Below are positions 56,990-64,000 of a stretch of DNA of 64,000 nt, in pieces. The DNA is from Eledone cirrhosa (Eukaryota), in NCBI GenBank assembly GCA_964016885.1, contig OZ024750.1:48236001-48300000 (forward strand), in the 5' to 3' direction. Within the stretch, counting starts at the first letter, position 1, and each line of letters opens with the position of its first letter. Both the position numbers and the translations under genes were made by a program. The notes beneath the pieces were generated by a model. It worked only from the letters and a program-made list of their open reading frames with translations, did not search any database and was not told where the DNA came from.

Positions 56990-58828
56990 TGAGCAAGCTG
57001 AGGACGTTGAAACAAAGATCAGTGAAGCAGTTTCTGCTTCAGCTGTTAAGTCCTGGGCGCAAAAGAGGATTGGTGTAGCACCAGAATGAAGGAGGACCCC
57101 TTGATTTCACCAAGAGGGTGAAGGTGAGATCCAGGCAAATAAAAAGTCTCACAAAACTTTGCTTGGAAATCAACCAACCTTCTTGCACATGCAGTACAAG
57201 CAGGCACACATAATCTTAGAAAAGACAGAAAAGCCGCCCAAAGACAAGAAATGAGAGGACTTTGGGGGTAAGCTAGAATCCGACTTAAGCAAATGAAGTG
57301 TCGTGGCAGACCATCTACCGATTTCGTAATATGAACCCTCCTCCACGCCTGCTATGAAGAACAAATCTGGGGCTTTCTCCTCTTTAGATAGCTGCATCCT
57401 CACAAGTTGGGAAGAATACATTGCTGATCTCTTAAACTCGATCCCAACAGCATCTTCTGATGTACACTAGGTACATATGCGAGCGGTGACTATTCTCTCT
57501 AGGGCTGAGGTTGCAGGAGCTCTAATAAAGGTGTTCTCTGGCGGACTTTCATGTGACATGTGGCCTCTATCTCTGAAAACTCACCTAAGAAATGTAAACC
57601 GGGAGTGATAACACTAAATTTAAAAACGGGAGAGAAGGGAAATTGTTCCAAATACAGAAGGGGTCTCCTTCTTAAGACTTTCCCGTAAAGTGTTTTCCAA
57701 AGAGCTGCAGGGAGATGCAAGAATATTGTCATGTCAAAGATATCTGATGAACAGTGTGACTTTCGCCCCGGACGCAGCAGAGCTGACCAAACATTCACAC
57801 AGCAGCAGGTCTTTTAGAAATCGTGTGCGTATTACCAAGATATATATTCTTATTTTGATGATATTGATAATGTATAAAATTACGGTCCTTGGGACCAGAT
57901 CTGGAGAGTTCTGCAGGTGTATGGGATCGATAGACACTTCCTTGATGATCTGGTGTCTCTATAGTAATGCCTAAATATATGATCGAATAAATGGTGCGCA
58001 ATCGAAACCATTCGGACTCCGAAAAGGTTGCGTACTGTCACCTCTCGTGTACATTAATACCATAAGGAGGACTGACATGCGCCGCTGGACTGGAAGCTGT
58101 ATCACGTCAGGTGGATATAAAATCAGTCGACAAGAATATGCAGAGGACATGGCGTTACTTAACATTACGTAGGTCGTCTCCAAATCTTACTCTATAGGTT
58201 TCATGCAGAGTGATGCATGGCTGGAATGAATAACAGTACTGAGAAAACAGACACTCGTCGGTCACGAGTGATAGAAGACAGGAGGATCAATTAATTGCAA
58301 GAATTGGTTGAGCGGTGCAGTAATGAGCCAGTGTCAGCTTTCAGTAACCAGAAGGGAGTTAGGCGTAAAATCTAAAATCGCTATCTTCAACTCGTTGTCC
58401 GTGACAGCCCTTATCTATGTTCATGAATTTGGTATACTAACCGAAAGGCTACGACCGCGCATACAAGCGCCTGAAATGGGGTTCCCCCGAAGTGCTGTTG
58501 GTGTAAGGTTATTCCAAGCAGTGCCTTGCTCGGATATCAGAGTGTCACTCAAGCTAGAGCCACTACTTTTCTGAATTGAGTGATCATAGCTCCGATACAA
58601 TGGACATGTGACCGGACAGTTTTTATGGGCAAAACCAACCGACAGGTGACCAAGAAGTATACGCAGAGGAAGAGGATTTGATAACATCCAATAGATTGGT
58701 TGGTTCGATCGGCCATCCAGCTGTATCTGTTGCAGACAGTTGCTTCTGAGAGGACCCACTGGAGGGAGTGTTTGAGGACTCTACATCCACGACCCTCTCA
58801 GGAATAAGTGGATGAAGAAGAAGAAGAC
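56990..58828 (+). mobile_element. Degenerate RTE-clade (Expander/Rex3-like) LINE with (GAA)n tail
   Basis: RKGCVLSPLVY, EYAEDMALL, RRELGVKSKIAIFNSL..LIYVHE..LTERLRPRIQAPEMGF; ends GAAGAAGAAGAAGA. Confidence 0.8.
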
Positions 58829-59586
58829 TATATATATAATGTATTAAATATTATACTCTTGATTTGGCCAGAGATGAATATTTCCAGATACATTTTAAGT
58901 GTAACTTTCCGTATTTATTATTGCTATGAAATATTGATTGTTATTCTGGTATCATATCTCTGTTTTTAGCCTAAGAAAATAATTATATGCGTGTATAAAT
59001 AATACTGCATATATTTATTTTAAAAAAATCTAATTGAATTCTTCACACGCAGGGTTAAAATTATTGAAAAAATTAATTGACCCGCGTGCATATTATTTTA
59101 TTATGTTTCGCGATGACATCCCCTTTCCGCTTGATGACAGTGTGAAATTCCTCATTCTGAGACTGCTGGAATTTTAAATTTGGCGGTCATTCTGATACGG
59201 AGAGGGACCATCGATAGAAGCATTGGATATCGGTAACAAACATTTGTTTTTATATCGATGTTTGACGGGAATCCACTGATGATTTATAAGTGCCCACCTG
59301 CATATATCCCTATGGACTATGTGCAGGCTTCTACATAACTTGGACATATTTTTCCCAACTTGTAGAAAACTTACAATGAAACACTTGTTTGGAAAGGGAG
59401 ATGTATTTTAATTATGTCTCGTATAAAATAATACAACTGGCTATCCGTAAAATACATATAGTTAGCCCCCAAACGTAAAATTGGGATTATACTAAGGTAT
59501 ATCCTAATGTTTGTTGAGTGAGATGGAAGCCAGTCAGAGTATAGCTTAAAGCTTTCACTGTTAATGTATTAAATATATATATATAT

Positions 59587-60069
59587 ATACGATATTAAAC
59601 AAATGGAAACTATATTTATAAAACCATATTTATTTCATTATACATATTTCAGGGATACCATATTAAAAATATGGCACGCCTTCTTCAGATAAAATACAAT
59701 ATATAAGCAGTGTTATAAATAAATTTGACGTACCATAAAATATTGAAACTTCCATTTAAAAAAGTTGGTTTGGTAGTCCAAACCAACATTTTTACCAAAC
59801 CAACTTTTTTAAATGGAAGTTTCAATATTTTATGGTACGTCAAATTTATTTATAAAACTGCTTATATATTGTATTTTATCTGAAGAAGGCATGCCATATT
59901 TTTAATATGGTATCCCTGAAATATGTATAATGAAATAAATATGGTTTTATAAATATAGTTTCCATTTGTTTAATATCGTATATCTACTCCAAAACTTGTT
60001 GAGTGCTTTATATCAGTTATAAAATATTTATTCGTTGTAACCCAACAATTTTAAATACAACTTTTGCAT
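59587..60069. mobile_element. Near-perfect ~395-bp fold-back with an HHR on each strand (59631-59696 minus; 59872-59937 plus) and a ~85-nt tail
   Basis: Plus: TATTTTAT-CTGAAGA-AGGcATGCCATAT tttta ATATGGTATcCCT-GAAA-TATGTA-TA-ATGAAATA; (TA)n on both sides. Confidence 0.9.
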
Positions 60070-60078
60070 ATATATATA

Positions 60079-60116
<38 letters not shown>

Positions 60117-61299
60117 TATATATCAACAATCAATGCATCATATATTTGAAAGGAAAGTTTTCTTTTAACAGTTCTTAAGCATAACGATCTAAATTAAAAT
60201 AACATTGCAATGGACAATTGAGCATTGCAATGTTGATGTAATTGTTGGTTGCTACCATAACAAAACTGCAATAATATGTAATTAAATGTTTGTTTCATAT
60301 AGATTTTAATTTTATTTTAATTTTGGATTCATAAATATAAAACAATGAAGTGGAGAAGGAGCATATTGTTTTGAATAAACATCTGAACTTCATATATGAT
60401 TTATTATTAGTGAAATTTAAATAATGAGATACTAGCGAAATAACAAATTACTCATTTTGCTTAAACAACTCAGCTGTTTATTGGAGTTTTGGAATACAAG
60501 TGGTGTTGGAAACCGATGTTCATAATCATTGTCATTTTTGGAGTGGCAACACTGATTCTGATTTTACAAATATCTAATCTACGTTTCTACAAAATCTAGT
60601 CTACGTGTATACAATACAAGGATGAGTAGGAGAAACAAATAAAAAACATAAATACAAAGGAAAATAATAAACACAAGAAAAATACCCACTTTCAATTAAT
60701 GTTATACTACAAATATAAAGTAACCGACAGGAATTAGTGAATGCCTAACTTCAATCATAGAAAATAGTTTAAGTAGAACAACCAGACTACAGAGGAATAC
60801 AGAGTCATTATTTAACATACAGTAACAAGCAAAATCAATTTTAAAAAAGTGTCTTATTCGATGTAAATCGATTAAATTGAACAAACATGAAAAATAATTA
60901 ACCAAGAACATATACCAACGAGGAATTAGATTAACAATTATGTACGGATTGAAAGGAAAATAAAATTAAGAAAATCTATGTACTGCATGTAGAGGATATT
61001 ATTGAATCCTGTGTTGCATGCAGTCGATAGATAACATGCATAGAATTTGGTTGCTATGAGAAAGGTACAGACAATCCTATACCACTATCGATGTTTTTAT
61101 GATGACAATAACGACGACAATAATAAGCATGTATCATTCATTTACAACAAATGCGGGTACATAGATTACATTTACAATTATATACATAGAGGTTGCAATA
61201 TATTTTTTTCTTGGAAGACAAAGTTACATAAAACGATGACTGATACATGTAAGTTATATACTAGACAGCTAAAATAATAATATTAATGATACTAATAAT

Positions 61300-61700
61300 G
61301 CGGTGGATTGGCAGTATCGGTAGAGGGTTGGACGCCATGCTTTCCAGCATAGTTACGTCCCTTTACGATCTGAGTTCAAATCCCGCCGAGGTTGACTTTG
61401 CCTTTCATCCTTACGGGGTCGATAAAATAAAGTACCAGTAATGCACTGGGTAATTGTTGGCCTTGTGCCTAAAGTAGAAACAATTAATGATACTAATAAT
61501 AGTAATCAATTCTAATTTAAGAAGAAGGCCAAAGGCTAAGGGAGATTCGATTTAATTGACCCTAATACGTTCTGGTATTTCATTTTATTGACCCTGTAAG
61601 GATGTAGGGCAAAGCAAGCATTGAACTCAAACGGTAACAGGTCGTAACTATATGCTGCAGAGCATGTTATCCGATGTTCTACTGATACTGCTAATACAAC
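61300..61700. mobile_element. Young SINE (+, 61300-61486) and diverged SINE (minus, ~61505-61700)
   Basis: The first copy is almost identical to 1622-1806. Confidence 0.85.
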
Positions 61701-61949
61701 ACACTGAATACATAGAATAGTAATAAATAATTACGGTCCCCCGTCTAGAATTGATAAAACAAATCACTTGAGAAACGCCGAGAGTAGGGGATTACCACTC
61801 CTTTCCAAAATTGCGAAAGTTCTTTCTACGTTAAGAAACATTACTATTCGTCTTATGTTTCATGCATGACGTCACTGAATGTCCTGTTAGAGTTATGTGT
61901 GCCTGGGGTAGATGCCGCTGTTGTTATATCTTTTGTATTGGAAGTACAC

Positions 61950-64000
61950 TTCGTAATAGTTGTGCAATACCTAGTCCTAGTAGTTCTGTTATCTGTATGT
62001 TGTATATATTAGTAAGTCCGGGAGTTTTGTTTATCTACCCGTCTCTGTTATTTTATCATTTTCAAAGCAGCTAATATTGTAGAGACAGTTTTCGTTCGAA
62101 TCAACCACACTCGGATTAATTCTCTCTCTAGCTCCTGGAATAATTTCTCCATTTCCTTGCTGGTTATAGTTCTGCTTGTAGGGTGTATACATTGATTAGA
62201 AGATATTTTTTTGTTTTCATTGTGTTTCATACTAATACTCGGTCGATTGGGTTTGATCTCCGTCTCAGTTTATATTGGAATATTCCAAAGTATATTGAAT
62301 TTGTCATTTTCTTACACCTTTTATAATTTATAATTTTAACACACAATTTATTGGGTTATTTCCAACTGATGATATAACTTCAAGTGTATATGTATATATC
62401 GCAACTCTATTATGTCTGTGATTATTAATGTTTGCCTAAGATTGGGCAATCATAGATTATGTGATTAATTCTTTCTTTCTCCTCATCACATATCCTTCAT
62501 TTACCGTGTTCTGGTTCATTGTGTATCTTTGGTTTTTCTAGCGGAGAGTCTTTGAAATTGTGCTGCAATTAGAAATCCTTTAGTCTCGGCATTTGTTGTA
62601 GTGCTTCATAACAAGCTTTATTTTGTTTACCCCCACTCTACCTACTCACTGTTTTCGAATATTTGCCATGTATGGGGTTTTCTGACCATCATTTTAGCAT
62701 AGCAATCTGAAGAACTGTTTTCAGATTGAATTTCCTCTTTTTTGCAGTTTCTCTTGCTGTTTCTTGTGTGTTTTCACGGCCGCCCTACTGCATTTGTTGA
62801 CTCTTTGGAAATAGAAAACACATTGTATTGTTCATGATACATGTCTATTTGTATGAATTTTCCATTATTTTTCATTGGATAATTTTGAAATTCTTCATTG
62901 GTTATTGTAAAATAGATTTACAGTCGCATGAGGTCTCTTCCTATCTGTGTCATGGTAAGTATAATATTACTACATCTGATTTGATGCTGTGTGTCTAAAT
63001 GCATTCAGTTATCTTTCTTAATGTGACCCTGTCATTTCGTTTAGTATCCCGTTCAAAATGTTGTAGTTTATTGCGAATGTCGTAAGTGTATTGATGTCAA
63101 TAACGTTATTTGTTGTATTTAGTTATCTCTTAATTAGTAATCTAACCCATTAATAGTATTAGGTTCTGATCTTTTCTTTTATTAGTAAGTTTCTAAATGT
63201 GTCTTCTTAATTGATTCTTAAGTATGACTGTGTTTTATCTAATTCTGTTATTTCCGTTTCATTATCTAGAATGATAATAGTTTTTCTCTAGTTCCCCACA
63301 TAACAGCTTTCATTGGAGAATGTTTCTAGTCCAAAATTCATGTTTCTTTCTTCTGTAAATTCATGTAATATCTGCAGCAATGTGTCGAGTTCTTTGTCAT
63401 CTGCAACGTACATGTTTAAGTCATACATAGAGAGGAGATGGTTAATTCCCTTGCCATAACACTATAGCCAAGTACATTCCTGTTTAGTTCAGGTAGAACT
63501 TCACTTGAATTATTAATTGTGATGTGCTTAATTTGTATACATCCATATTTTGGTTGTATCTTTGATTGAATTTTTGATGAATGTCTTTTGGTTGAATGTT
63601 TGATGAATGTCTTTTATTGTTGCCGCTGCTTTCCTATGTCTAGTGTGTTCAGTATCGTCATATGGGGAACTGTTGATCGACCTCTAGACATCAATCTTTA
63701 CTTTTCTTTCACTGTAGTTTTCTATTATGACTTCCATAATTGACCTTTTTAGAGATATGAGACATTGCATCATTCATCCGCCTCTTCTGGATACAGGATG
63801 ATTAATTCAAAGTGCTTGATCAATTTGTATGATAGTATTGCAGTAAACGGTATTGTATGTTGTAGGGAAACATGTAATAATTGTGTAGTTTAAAGGAATT
63901 TGCTTGATTTCCTCTTCGGTAAACCAGCTATGCGTCATTTTGTTTTAGACATTCCTTGCTTCACGTGGTTTCCTTTCTGTTATATTACATTGCTTAAATA
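61950..64000 (-). mobile_element. Old degenerate R4/Dong-like element, running off the window end
   Basis: Minus remnants NYTIITCFP (~63880), INHLLSMYDLNMY (~63430) and SKEMEK..LERELIRVW (~62130) parallel the 11714 ORF. Confidence 0.7.

Overview
AT-rich, microsatellite-laden animal DNA. The SINE family and (TA)n load suggest an octopus or other cephalopod (inference). No host gene can be called with confidence. The window is mostly retroelements. It holds one apparently intact R4/Dong-type non-LTR element (RT plus restriction-like endonuclease, 1130 aa) in (TAA)n, with a truncated neighbour and an old copy. It also holds two near-full-length degenerate Penelope-like elements (PLEs) and fragments, degenerate L1/Tx1, RTE/Expander and CRE remnants, about a dozen tRNA-derived SINEs, two piggyBac-like MITEs, a duplicated 9-bp minisatellite block and a ~55-bp repeat with (TA)n spacers. 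The most striking pattern is a dense set of short fold-back (inverted-repeat) elements lying in (TA)n tracts. About 20 minimal type-I hammerhead ribozyme (HHR) motifs from roughly ten unrelated families sit in these and in the PLE pseudo-LTRs. They include compensated U3:A8 core variants and a recurring asymmetric 'short inverted arm + long arm with tail' layout. All calls were made by eye; no searches or folding programs were run, and element boundaries are approximate.
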